From: Callorhinchus milii
Taxonomy: Eukaryota
NCBI RefSeq assembly: GCF_018977255.1
Contig: NW_024704742.1
Span: 87,422,001 to 87,486,000 of the forward strand
Reading direction: 5' to 3'
Length of the DNA stretch: 64,000 bases
Shown here: piece by piece, positions 23,340-35,820 of the stretch
Position numbering within the stretch: the first letter of the stretch is position 1
Layout of the letters: the number at the start of each line of letters is the position of its first letter
Notes under the pieces: generated by a model
What the model was told of the DNA's origin: nothing
The model's input: only the letters and a program-made list of their open reading frames with translations
The model's database searches: none
Translations under genes and position numbers: made by a program

Positions 23340-23785
23340 TCAGCCTGTCTCAGTTGGTAGTATTGTTGCCTGAGTTGAAGCCCCACATTATATCAGGGCT
23401 TTAAGCTCATAGTCTAGGCGTGAGCTAAGATACTCCAGTGTAGTGCTGGAGGAGTGCTGCGTTGGATGAGATGTTCAACAATTTATGTTGGACACCAACA
23501 AATTACATTTATAAACTGTCATGAGACAGATCTTGAAGTAGAGAATGGGTAAAGGTGAAGCCAGAGAGTGGAGGAAGAAAGGCTGAAGGTCTGATTGTTC
23601 AGTTGGATGTTAAAGATCCAATGCTATTATTTGTAAAGAGAAGCCAATTTCTCCTGGTGATCTGGCTCCAACAACACAAATTACATTTGTATAGCATGTT
23701 TCATGTCCAGAGGACATCCCAAGAATTCACCAAATGGTCACTTGTGGAACATTGCTGTGTGCAAATTGGCATTCTCTTACAAATT
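23340..23785 (+). mobile_element. Decayed SacSINE1-like element with internal insertions
   Basis: CTCAGTTGGTAG head, ACTCCAGTGTAGTGCTGGAGGAGTGCTGC, GTTCAGTTGGATGTTAAAGATCC, CATTGCTGTGTGCAAATTGG. Confidence 0.6.
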
Positions 23786-24524
23786 CAAAACCATTTCTAG
23801 TTGACTTTCCATCTTCCTTGGTTTAAAACATTTGTTATTTTATTTAGGCAGGTTTGCCCCCTGTACTTTTACTTGCCTAGTCTCCTTTCAAGTAGCATGA
23901 GGTGGTGTCAATGCAGAAGACGTGCAGTTTTTGACTTGATCTTTGACCAGTTTCATAACTATCAATAAATGAAACAGACTTTGCAAAATTAACGTGTGCA
24001 AACTCTTGAATAAAGAAAAGCTGATTTAGTTGCAATGATAAAGAAAGTGAGCTCCGAAACCAATGTAAATTTTGCAAATTTGATATTGTAGATAGCTTTC
24101 ATGTTAAAAAAAAATACAGTCTGGCAAGCCGGTTTTTCTGTATTATTGTTAATGCAAATGCCGATACTGGCGTTTTTCAAAAAATTGTCAGTACCACTAT
24201 CGTAATTGTTTGAATCCTCCGAGCAGAAAATAGTGAATAAGCTGTCTTCTGCTTGCGGGAATCAAACCGAGTCAAAGTCTCTATCCCTGCTTAACCCTGA
24301 AGAGTGGGCCCGCGGGAGTCTGCACGTGTGTGAGCCTGGGGACATTTTTTAAATGTTTCTGTTTTGGGTCCAGTCCGCCTAGGTATGAATTCCGGGCACC
24401 TGGAATCCAGTAACCTGGGGGATCACTGTATCTGCATTAACATTGCAAGTATTACTTTTTATTTTCTTTAATTCTTTTAAAATGTTTGTAATTAAAGATG
24501 CTCAATTTCTATGGATTATTGTGT

Positions 24525-24591
24525 GGCGATCCTCAGTCAGGATGCCTAATGTCACAGGGGACCTTGAGCGCAGAACGTTTGGAAACCGCTG
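24525..24591. mobile_element. hAT-Charlie-like right terminus
   Basis: GGGGACCTTGAGCGCAGAACGTTTGGAAACCGCTG|CCCTAGAT; same end as the element at 53704-54018; Charlie-type CTAG-centred flank. Confidence 0.55.
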
Positions 24592-24847
24592 CCCTAGATT
24601 ATGAACTCAGGGTCCTCATGTGGTCCACAACCTTCTGATTTTTATTGAGGTAATTGTTCTCTGCTCCTTCTGATATCCCATATGCTCTGGGTTTATTTCT
24701 CCAAGGTTTTATCTTGTTTCCTCTATAAAAACTTGCTCTTGAACTATACTTTTTGGAAAGGATGAATCTTTTGATACAATCGAGAGGAGCACTGATCAGA
24801 AAGAAGGAAGGAAGAGTTAATCTGATCCCATTGTTGGAATATCTCAA

Positions 24848-25165
24848 ACCACTTCACATGATTTATTGTAAAGTGTAGCGACTATCTATTTGCAAGTGAA
24901 CTCAGCAGTCAATTTTGTAAACGGCCGTGTACCACAAACATCCTTGAAGTGAATAACTAGTTTTATTCGGGGCTTGTTGACTCGAACAACAATACAGGGA
25001 GAAATGTTTCTTTTCCAGTTGTGACATGGGATTTTTAACATCACCTGAACAGGCTGGTGGGAAATTGTTTTTGATGTCTCAGCCGAAAAATGGAACCTGC
25101 AAAACAGTGCTTCCCTACCACTTCATGGGCGTGTCAGAGTAGACTACGTTCAAAGTCCTGATGAT
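24848..25165 (-). mobile_element. Decayed SacSINE1-like DeuSINE
   Basis: ATGGGATTTTTAACATCACCTGAACAG and CAGCAGTCAATTTTGT...CCACAAAC are reverse matches to the 19989 copy. Confidence 0.6.
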
Positions 25166-28100
25166 GGTCAGTGAGATGTTACCCCGGGTGAAGGATGCTA
25201 AATAAATGCATGTTGACATGAAGTTTGAGTTGTGAGAATGCTCCCAGCTGAGCCAGGCTGAGATTGCTTAAGCTTGTTTTAATTTCAGTATTTATAGGAA
25301 CAAAGCAGTTTGCAAGAAAGGGATCAGGAAATATATGCGATAGCTACCTTTAATAAAGTGTGATTTTGTTTAGTGTTACCTGAGAAGAATTTGTTGCAGT
25401 GTCCAACTTTGTTTCAAACAAACCTCAGAGCCGTTCTTTTAACATCATAATTTCTTGTTTTTTCTCCAGCGGTGATATTGATTTTGGTGAGTTTATAGTT
25501 TTAACAACTTGAATAGTCGAACTTAAATCAATCAAAACCCTTTTTCATTCAGGTACACGTGGTAATTTTCCACCTATAATTCTGACAGTATTTCTTCTAA
25601 AAATGCCCCAGTAAAACGTTGTTGCTGGTCTGAAGTTGTCTTGCTGTCAATGGAGATGGGGAGGTGGAAAGAAAGTGTTTTTGTCTTAACTAAGCAGCTG
25701 CTGGTGATATTCAAGCATACCCTGATCTCTTCTGCTTCTCATTTCATCTATTCTCTAACTACAGTTTCTCCTCTGGACATGTGTTCCTGATGTTTTCCGT
25801 ATCTCTCTCTGTGTCTTACATCTCTCCCATATGTGGCTTGCTCCGTCTATCTTTCTGCGAGTACATTTTCTCTCTCTCTGAACTTGTGGGCTTGTCAGCC
25901 TTGCTCCAGTTTGTTTTAAGTGAACCTAGTTTTGCAGTGGAGCGATATCAACATGTAATTTCTCTCCTCCCCCCCATAGACTTTCTGCATGTTGGAGACG
26001 GCCTTTGATCTACTGCACTATTTGTTTCCAGACAGCAGGGAAGGGCCATTTGCTTTTACCACAATATCACTGCTGTGTTATTTTCTCTCACCGATGCCCT
26101 CACCCTTCCATGCCTTGCTGGATTTCTCAAGTCTGCAGGCGTGTAAATGGTATAATCCTTTGAGCTTTGATTAAAGCTGTGTTGTAGTATTCCCTAGTCC
26201 AGGGATGAATAGGAGTGCTTTCTTTGAAAAGGTATTTGAAGGAGGAATTGCTGCTGTTGTGTGGATGAGTGAATAGAACAGCTGTGGTGTGATGCTGCAT
26301 GCAAGTGACCTAATATTTCTTTGAAAAAAAACACATTCCCTCCTTGCGTCATATGTAAATCTTTAAAATTTGGGGTTTAGATTACTTTTTTTAAAAAAAA
26401 AGTTTGTTCAATTTTTTTAAAAAATGTGCTAATATTACGATGCTTTGTTTCACTGATACCCAAGAAGAGCAAACTCATTTTACAGGCATTTGGGTTTTCA
26501 CTTAAACCAGCATGTGACTGGAGGCTGTTGTGGTTCACACGTTCCTATCAAAAGGGAGAAAAAAGAAAGGTTCTTAGCACCAGATGGGCTGTTCTGGAAT
26601 TGTTTTAAAGCCATTACAATGATAGCAGGGGTAGTTATGTGGCAGAACCTGTCCTTGATGACTCTCTCTCCAGGGATATGTCTGATATGCTGGGTTTAAT
26701 TTTTACATTTGACAACAGTGATTTTTTTTGTCCTGCTCTGACATGCGGCTTGTTTTAAATTTTGATTTGTCCACTAAGCTGATTGCAAAACAAGCTCAGA
26801 TTGGTTCAAGGTTCAAGAAATGTCAGCAAACTCCTACTCTTTCTGTTGAAAACTTTGTGCTGTAGTGAATGCAGGAGGGAGACCAGCACTTTATAGTACA
26901 GTCACTAACACCACTGAGGTAAAGTTTCCTTTCTCAAGGCTTTGGGACTTCAAGACGCCAACATTGTTATTACGAGCCCAGATTCTGCTCGCTGTCTGTA
27001 TGCATCCAAGCAGCAGGGACAGATATCCATTCATTAACCTTTGGTCACTGCATTGCTGATTTAATGTCTGAACTCAGACAGAAACCAGGATTTTTGTGCA
27101 AAGAACAACTGACTGTCTATGCCTCGAAGTCACTATTTATGATGGTCCAGAACGAGCAGAAGTTGGAGATACAACTGGTTAGTTCCAGCCCTATTCCTAG
27201 CTTCAGTGTTTTAGATCCTGTGGAATCATTCTGATTTAGATTGGGTTCAAAGTATATTTATCTGAATAGCAGTATAGGAAAATGTGTATGCAGTGGTTAA
27301 GCTGTACAGCAAGCTTCCCATTGTGAGTGGGGTGCAATAAACAAAGCTGCACAGTCCAAGTTGAGTTGTTTGCAATCTTTGCGGCAGTCCTATTTCCAGT
27401 GGGAGCTAAGCGGCTGATTGTGGGAGTGGTGAATCCACTTTGGGGGACGGGGAGGGAATAAAAGTGGAGCTCTCTGTGTGCAGTGTGTTCTCTGCCCGTT
27501 TTTGAATCCGACTCCTGAGGAGTTTGTTCGCTCTGTGGCAGCTTTAGCAAGTATCTGTAATTGAGCTTGCTTAGCTTTATTACAGCGTTATCTTATGTAA
27601 TTAAATTGAACCTCTTTCCCCTTTCCCTGGTTCCTACCCCCACCCCCTACAATTAGAATTTTTTTTTGTTTGTACCAATATAGTTGGTGGTGTAAATTAG
27701 GCACAAAAATCTTGATACAACAACAAATCACATTTGCATAGCGTCCTTCATGCAGAGTTGATGTAAAACAAGCAAGCTTCAGACTAGTTGTTGTGGCCGA
27801 ACTTCAGATTCACCAGTGCACAAGGAAGTTATTTCAGAGAGGAATGAAAAAAAGGCTCCCACTTACTTGGCCTTGAACTAAGCTGTGGATACAAAACAAA
27901 ATTTGCATTCCATTTTTTGTTTTCAAAAGCATAAATTGTGTAATGTTGAATATTATTGGTCCATCTCGAGCTATAATCTCCCTGGCTCCTGTTTTCATTT
28001 TCAATTATTCTGACTCCTGCTGATTACAGCTTTCTACTTACTGTATCACTTAAGAAGCCATTGAATCTCTCGGAAATGTTGAGTTATTCTGCCAGTTCTA

Positions 28101-28914
28101 AACAAACCTTAATGTTTGTCACATGCATATTAACATGGCGGAGTAATGTGCACAGAAGATTAGTTATGCTGATGAGGGCGAAGATGCTTTACTGGCAGCA
28201 GTATTAGCAATGTGGAGTGCTGTAGGCAGCCTGGCTAAAGCTGCCTTCTACACATTTTTTTAGGTCTGCGTTACACGCAGATAACTTTTGGAGCACTTAG
28301 CAGTGGTGGAGTAGGACACCGAGGAAGGGGAGAAGTGATCATAGGTGCCAGAGGTGGTCAAAAAGATAAGTCTTTAGGTGGAATTTAAAGATGGTTGATT
28401 GATTTAAAGCACTGTAGCTTCTAAAATGTACATCTCTCTCCATCTTTCACAATCATTTTTCTTTCTTCACATTTCTTTTTAACCTTGAGAAAATTAATGA
28501 GTTGTTTTATATTGACTGGTGTGCTTTTTTTCTTAAACGTGCTGGTTTATTTAAAAAGCTATATTCCAGCATATTTTGAAGTTCAAGCCATTGGTGTTGG
28601 GGTGGATCTTTAACTGGCTTGTGTTTCAGGAGGTAGAGGTAGACTTCCTGGTGCTGCTTAGTTCGTTAACAAGAAAGAGCCGTAGATATTTCCAAAGATG
28701 CATCACCTGGTGACATTTATCCAATGCAATATGTACTTCCAACTTCATTTTATGTGATGAGCTGGAGTGGCAGAGCAGTGGTGACCGTGTAGATTTCCAT
28801 CTGCAATTTACCAAAAGTTGAAGCCTTGATGTACACTGAGGAGAATTAAAGAAGGAAGGCTACATATGATTGTCCAAATGCAAGAGGAAGATATTCGCAA
28901 GGAATTAGCACTTC

Positions 28915-29235
28915 ATGCCATGCCACGTCTACCCTTCAAACCTGCTGACACCTCACTCGTCTATCCAGCCCCTTAGCTCAACTGCCACCAGCTTCTGCAT
29001 GACGTTTGTGCCCTTGGCACCACCATTGGTAGTCGTGCATTCAGCCACTCTGCCCTGAAACTCAGGAACTCCTGCTCAACTCCCTCCACTTTCCCCTCTT
29101 TGCCCATCTTCAGATTACACCTGAAGAACTTTTTCTTTGCCCATCACTTCTCCTCTCTCAAGCTCGGTGTTGAGCTTGGCCTTTAAGTGCTTCAAGATGT
29201 TACCTCATTTGAAGGATACTATATTAAAGCCAAGT
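28915..29235 (+). mobile_element. Decayed L2 LINE 3' fragment
   Basis: CACCACCATTGGTAGTCGTGCATTCAGCCACTCTGCCC (TIGSRAFSHSAP, the L2 GRAFS motif) and L2 tail. Confidence 0.7.
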
Positions 29236-29754
29236 TTTTTTTATATAGCAACAGACTCCTACCCATTACATAACTTCCTGCAGAGTGCTTCAGAGCAGCA
29301 TTCAAGATGATAGCTTGACTCGCCTTCTTGGTTAAGGATGGTCTAGAGCACATCCCTACCTCATTTTGGGAAAGCAGAAAAAAATAAAGCAAGAAGGGAG
29401 ATAGTCCAAATAACCTGCTGAAAATGCTCAGTCTATTTGAACTTTCTTCGGGTTGCCTTAGCATCTGAATTTTGAATGTGTCATTCCCATTCACTATCCA
29501 ACTAGGTATCAGATTAGCTCAGTTGGTGGCACACTTCCCTCTGAGTCAGAAGGGTATGGGTTCAAATGCCATGTTGGGACAATAAACTCGGTGCCACTTT
29601 GCCAGTCGCTGCAGGTTACAGTAAATCTTTTAAGATCTCCTGAAGTGAAAGGTGCTATATCCAATGGAAGGATTATTTGTTATATAACATTTATCTTAAT
29701 CCCTTTCTTAGCACTTTAAGGATAGACTGTAAGTAATTAATAGTAGTAATGTTT

Positions 29755-30060
29755 ACATTTCATATGGCGCGTTTCACACCGGAGGATGTCTGAGTGCTTC
29801 ACAGTATATACTCTGAAGTGTAGGGACTGTGTATTTGTAGGCCTACCCAGCATCTAATTTGCACATGCATTGTCCCCAAAACAGGCCGAGATTAATTTCT
29901 GATTTCATTTTGGGGATTGTTCGCCAGGATACTGGAAAAAGTCCCTTCTCTTTTCGAATAGTGCTATTGCAAGTTTAACATCCACGTGAACAGACAGTTT
30001 AACGTCTCATCCAAAGAATGGCAACTGCATTGGAGTGTATAGACTATACAAATTGATATG
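29755..30060 (-). mobile_element. Decayed SacSINE1-like DeuSINE
   Basis: TTTACATTTCATATGGCGCG tail; TTTAACATCCACGTGAACAG...TTTAACGTCTCATCC. Confidence 0.65.
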
Positions 30061-31082
30061 TGGCTTCAATCTGCAGCCTGGAATAAATGAACCTCAGGTG
30101 TTTTGCACAAGCTCCAGACCTGGGCAGGAGGATGGATTGGGTGAGTTTTGAAGTTCATCCTACATGAAAGACACTATTGAAGTGAAACTTGTTGCAGAGG
30201 TTTGTTACTAAGTGTTCCTCAGCAATAGGTCACGAATGAGGTTTCTTAGTTGTTACAAGTGCCAAGAATTACCACCTGAAGGGATGGCCTCCCGTTCTAT
30301 AATTTTTATGCAAGGTTTTTTTATTGGGAATTATTTACTTAAAATTCAACAAACTATCAAAATCTTATGTTTATCTGGATGGTTGTTCTGTTTTTTCCCC
30401 CCTCCCTAAAACCAAATTGCATTCACAATAGATAGGCTTGCTTGTTCATGCAGCTTTCTAAATGTGTGTGGGATTGTTTGGGCTTTTGCATTTTTTAACA
30501 CAAAAGATAGCTGACTGGATCAACAGCTGAGTTATATTTTTATGCTTCATTTTTGAAGTGCATACGTAATGGAGGAGTAACATTTGTTATTGAACATTTA
30601 ATTTCACACTTTGAAAAATCTGCAAATGGGGAGTGAAATTTAATTCAGCCAATTTATTCTCTCAAGTGGTGGTCTCATTTACACCTGGACAGTTGTGATA
30701 ATGGTAAAGAAGTGTAAGGGGAGAAAAATGCACACTTGCTGTTTGAGTGGATGTGTTATGTTGGGCATTTAGTATAGTTTAAGCCCATTTATATATTATA
30801 TATTCTGAGTTGCCAAGAATATTCTGATTCGAAGAATGATGATCTAGCTTCACTTGTTCTCTTTAAACTGGGGTTGCGCTGCAGTATTACAGTATTGCCT
30901 ACAAAATAGTCACTTCACAGTGTATCTTGTGAAGCGCTTTTAGACAAATCCCAGTGTGAAAAGTGCTATAGCAAATGTTAGTCCTGTTGGTTTTAACTGA
31001 CTTAGAACTAAACTAGAACAATGAACTTTATACAGTGGAACCCCACTATACTGCTCTATTACAAGGCCGACTCACTTATACT

Positions 31083-31287
31083 AATAATAATCCTTGCATT
31101 TGATATAGTGCCTAAACACATCTTTGAAACGTCTCAAAGCTCTTCACAGAATATACTGAATACACAGAATTGACTGGATTTTGTGAGCTAAATGTGGCAG
31201 CCAATTGGTACAAATAGTCGTGGATTGAGTGACAAATTATTATTTTGAAGGATTATTATCCCTGGAAAAAGTTATACACCAATCGAC
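31083..31287 (-). mobile_element. tRNA/Deu-domain SINE, 3' part (long form)
   Basis: (AAT)n-CCTTGCATTTGATATAG...GGATTATTATCCCTGGAAAA...CCAATCGAC. Confidence 0.85.
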
Positions 31288-31776
31288 ACCTGCTGAGTGC
31301 TCGCAGCAATGTTAAGCGCTCTCAGACGCTACCCTGAGTGGAGGATGCTATATGCTATATAAACTTTCCTAAGCTTTAGCCCCCCCACCCCCCGGGGGAA
31401 CAAACATACCCAGGTCCTCTTGCATGCAAGGCGAGTTTTCTAACCAAATTGCTTAGTGCTGCAGAACTTCTTATAATGCAACTGGCTTGTCGATCGCAAA
31501 ATTTTCCTACCATTGAATCAAAAATGCGGATAATGCACCATTCACATCCCTCGTTGTTGTTCAAAATCTGATCGTCAACCCCCAATAAACATCACTAAGC
31601 CCTCAGCACGGTGATTCATTCATTCAAAATGCTGCAGCATGCTTTCAACGGGTTAGGAATGAAGATTTCTGGGTCATCAGGTTGGTGTGGGCAATGTTCT
31701 GATTGCACGGGGATTGAAAGCGGAAATTCTGAAAGCGATCATGCCCCATTATAGTGCTGGCTGGATTTTTATCTCA

Positions 31777-32500
31777 GTCTCATGCAGTGTCCCTCAGGGC
31801 TCTGTCCTCGGTCCCCTCCTCTTCACCCTCTATATGCTCCCCCTTGGTGACATCATCTGCAGACATGGGGTTAACTTCCACATGTATGCAGATGACACCC
31901 AACTCTACCTTTCCTCCTCTACCCTCAACTCCACGACCACCGATATCCTGACAGCTGCCTGTCCGACATCGAGTCCTGGACGAGAGACAGCTTTCTTCGC
32001 GACCACATCACTCCCACCCTCGCTCGCCTCCACTGGCTCCCCATCCCCCAGAGGATCGAATTCAAGATCCTCATCCTCACCTACAAGGCCATTCATGGCC
32101 TTGCTCCCTCCTACCTCTCCGACCTACTATCCCTCTACCTACCTGCCCGTACCCTCCGTTCCTCTGGCTCCGGTCTGCTCCACATCCCCCGCCCCAACCG
32201 CCCTACCATCGGTGGCCGGGCCTTCAGCCTCTCAGCCCCGAGGCTCTGGAACTCTATCCCCCAGTGCCTTCGCCGCCTCCTCCCTTTCCTTCTTCAAGGC
32301 TGGTCTCAAGACTTTTCTCTTTGACCGTGCCTTCAGCTCCCCTCTCGACTCTCTACCCCCTCCTCGCTCCCTCCCTTCCCTCCCCTCACCCTGACCACTT
32401 CCCTCCTGCTCGGGTCCCGACCCAACTGTCCAGCGCCTTGGGACATCCTCCCGACGTGAAAGGCGCTCTATAAATGAAATCTTGTTGTTGTTGTTGTTGT
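31777..32500 (+). mobile_element. L2 LINE 3' fragment (RT domain, internally deleted)
   Basis: [23 protein letters not shown]...[12 protein letters not shown] (YADD catalytic motif); after ~31997 it jumps to [15 protein letters not shown]...GRAFS...LKTFLF; 3' tail ending (TTG)n. Confidence 0.95.
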
Positions 32501-33664
32501 GAAACCTACTCCTTCAAAAAAAAAACTGCAGTGTTAATGCAGTATAATGGAGTTGCATCGGATCCCCTATTTGGTCATGTGGTGAATTTTATCATTATCA
32601 ACTCAATTTATTTTATGTTGAAGTATCGGTGGTAGAAAAATATATTGTACGATTTGCTAAGGATAACCCCAGTATACTGAGTAGAGGTCACAGTGGGAAG
32701 AATTTTCATTGAAGTTCCTGCAGTGGTTTATCTTTAGGATCTTTTAGTTTTTTTCAGTATGGAAAATCTAATTTGTAATTTTTCTTTGTTTCCTTCCCCC
32801 TTATTAACCTTGACCTTTTTAAATAAATTGTAAAAGCATAAAAACCTGTAGTGCAGGGGAATGGCTTGTTACTTTATAATTTTTGGGTTGTGGCAACTGG
32901 ATTGAAGGAGTACAGTCTGTCTGGATCTGTCCATTTCGGGTTGTAGCCGTTTCTGTACAGTTTTTTTTTGTTACATGGAGAGAAACATTTTTGAGTAGCG
33001 TAAGGTTTGTTTTCAAAAAGATTTAAAATCTTCTTATGAAGTTTTTCTGAAATGACAGTGAGAAGTTTGTGCTGGGACATTGGACAACAGCTGTTGTGTC
33101 TGATCAGGAGAGAATGTAAGAGTTTAGCCTCTGAATGTTTGTGATATAAGTTCATTTTCTTATTCAGATGACGTGTATTGTGAAGTGGATTGGCATATAG
33201 TGACAAGTATTGTGATGTGCACTCCAGAACTCTGTTCTGGAATCTGGTCCTTGCTTCATGTGACACCTGAGAATAAAATTGCTTTCTCGCTTTAATGTTT
33301 GGTAATCAACTGTCATGTGGTGCTTTTTTCCCTCTCTAAAGCTTGTAATTTTGTGAAGGCAACGAGACGAATTTAAGCTGTCCACAACCCAGCTTCATGT
33401 TGGTCGCCCTTTATTTTCTATCCACCTTGTGATTTTAAAACTTATTTTACTTTGTACAGTGCGTTATTGTTGTATGAATGTTAGAGCAAGGCCAGAACGG
33501 AGTCGTAATCACTTTTTTTTAAATGTACACTCTAGCGAAGATTCACAAGCCGTTTGTCTTAATTGTGGTACATTCATTTTTGAATTCTTTCCATGTCAGC
33601 TATCCCACATTATCGGGAAGAATGCAGCTGTCGTATTGTTTTCTGCTCAGAAAAAGCAGAGAAT

Positions 33665-34410
33665 CAACAACAACAAAATTACATTTGTATAGAGCCTTTC
33701 ACGTTGGGAGGATATCCCAAGGCATTGGACAGACAGAGTTATGGACCCGAGCTGGGGGTCGGGGTGGGGGAGGGTGGAGGGCAGGGGGGGAAGCAGGGAG
33801 AACAAAAGCATGGTCGAAGAGGAGGGTCTTGAGGTGGGTCTTGAAGGTGGCGAGGGAGGGGGCAAGATGGAGGGACTGCAGGATGGAGTTCCAGAAGGTG
33901 GGTGCAGAGTGGTGGAAGGCTGCTGATAGTGGGGTGAGCAAGGCGGGGGACATGAAGCAGGCCGGAGCCCGCTGAGCGGCGGGAGCGAACAGGATGGTCG
34001 GGGTTTATGAGGTTGGAGAGATAGGGGGAGCAAGACAGTGGAGAGCTTTGAAGGAGAGGACCAGGATCTTGAACTGTATCCTCTTTGTGATGGGAAGCCA
34101 GTGGAGTTGGGCAAGGATGGGGTGATTGGGTCGTGGAGCCTGGTGTGGGAGAGGACACGGCTGCAGAGTTCTGGATGATCTGCAGCCTGTGGAGGGAGGT
34201 GTTGGGGAGGTCGACAAGCAATGAGTTTGCATAGTCCAGCCTCGATGTAATGAAGGCATGTATGAGGGTTTCGGCAGCTTGTGGTGTGAGACAGTGTTGG
34301 AACCGGGAGACAATGCGGAAGTAGGGGAAGGCCGAGCGAGTCATGGCGCAGATGTGGAGTAGAAAGCATAGTTGAGCGTCAAACAAGACCCCAAGGTTCC
34401 AGACTGGCTT
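33665..34410 (-). mobile_element. L2 LINE 3' fragment (ORF2 C-terminus, frameshifted)
   Basis: AETLIHAFITSRLDYANSLL, LHWLPITKRIQFKIL and FKTHLKTLLFDHAF in shifting frames; (CAA)n tail at 33665. Confidence 0.95.
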
Positions 34411-35059
34411 AGCAAGGTGAATACAGTGCTAGTTGCAGAGAAGTGCCAGTAGGGCCATTGCAAATAGCTTGAATCTAAGAAACTAGTCAGATGCCAAGTT
34501 CAGGGTCAAATATATCTTGGGAGATTTCTCAGATTTTTTTTCCTTGAATTAAAAAGAAGGAACTTGCATTGTTTTTATATGTCGCCTATAACATTGAAAC
34601 CGAAGAACAGGCAGGATCTTTGTTTAACATTTCATCCAAAGGGCTGCACTTCTGATAATGCCTTTAGTTTCAACCTAGACTGTTTTGAAGGGTCTGCACT
34701 ATTGCCCAGACTGTACTGCAGTGGCAATATTCAATTAAGAGAATCATGATAGCTTCCATAAACTGGCTTCCATTTCCTTTCCTACTTCAGAGCACTAAAG
34801 CCAATTGTTTACGTTTTTTGTCAATGTTATACATAAGTATAATAGATTAAAATTCCTTTGTTTATTCATTCCGAAAGCATATTGCTAATCCCTTCCCCCT
34901 ATTGCCCTTTTTCTTTTCCTGATTATCATGATTAATGTTAGGGCACAATTCCAGGAACTTCCTCTCTTGTCTCACTGAAGTGGCTGATTTTTTTTTCCTG
35001 ATTCATGAGCCCAGATTGTACTGGCGGCATTCACCTATGAGGGGCACGACTTCCTCCAG

Positions 35060-35225
35060 AAGCTGACTTCCAATTCCTTTCCAACATCAGAGCACTGAAG
35101 CCAATATGTAGCATTTTCTTGCTTCCCCAGATGAGATCAACTAACTCAACACGGTGAGATTGAAACTGGCACCTTATCATTGTGACTCTGTATCGGGTGA
35201 CGCATTGACTTACTGAACCATTGGA
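35060..35225 (-). mobile_element. Ancient SINE (AmnSINE2-like, tentative)
   Basis: GCACTGAAGCCAATATGTAGC...GAGATCAACTAACTCAACAC...GATTGAAACTGG; its first ~55 bp recur at ~34760-34815. Confidence 0.5.
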
Positions 35226-35634
35226 GAGCTAGAATAGGTTCTATATTTGAATATTAAATGTAAAATGTGTTTTAATACAATGCATCTTTTGATGGATGTT
35301 TCTGGTGAGATTTGAATTCACCAGAAGTGTTGTTTTGAGGTACATCTTTCCACAGAATGTGTGTGAAGGAGTATCCAACCGTGGGCCAGTGGCAATGGTG
35401 ACACCCACTTAAGGGTGTTGGTTTGTGGAGTCTAGTGGATGGAATCCTGACTCCAATGGCATATCCACCCCTTCAAGTCTAATTAATGAATTAATGTCAT
35501 TCAGTGCATCGTAGTACTACAGAGGTGTCTGGCTCAGGTATTGCATTTCAGAGTCTACCCTTGGAGAGCTGACCCCAAAAACTCCCAACATGCTCAAAGG
35601 TATATCTGTACTTTATCTCTTGTCATTGCAGACC

Positions 35635-35820
35635 CAAAGATTGTTACAGCCCAGAATGGGCCATTTGGCCCATGAAGTCTGCGCTGGTGATTTTCTTCAC
35701 ATGAGACGTCTAATCCCACTGTCTTGCTAGCTATCCCTCTTATTCAAGCATCGATTTAAGTCCGTTAACAGGCTTTGCTTCACCAATGCTTTTGTGGAAG
35801 AGAGTTCCACATTCTGAAAA
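35635..35820 (-). mobile_element. CR1 LINE 3' fragment
   Basis: GGGCCATTTGGCCCATGAAGTCTGCGCTGG...GGAAGAGAGTTCCACATTC. Confidence 0.65.

Noticed and set aside
31032..31082. TACAGTGGAACCCCACTATAC Tigger-like left end
   Set aside because: No matching right TIR found nearby
31687..32394. 235-aa ORF as a functional reverse transcriptase gene
   Set aside because: 5'-truncated, frameshifted and internally deleted L2 relic
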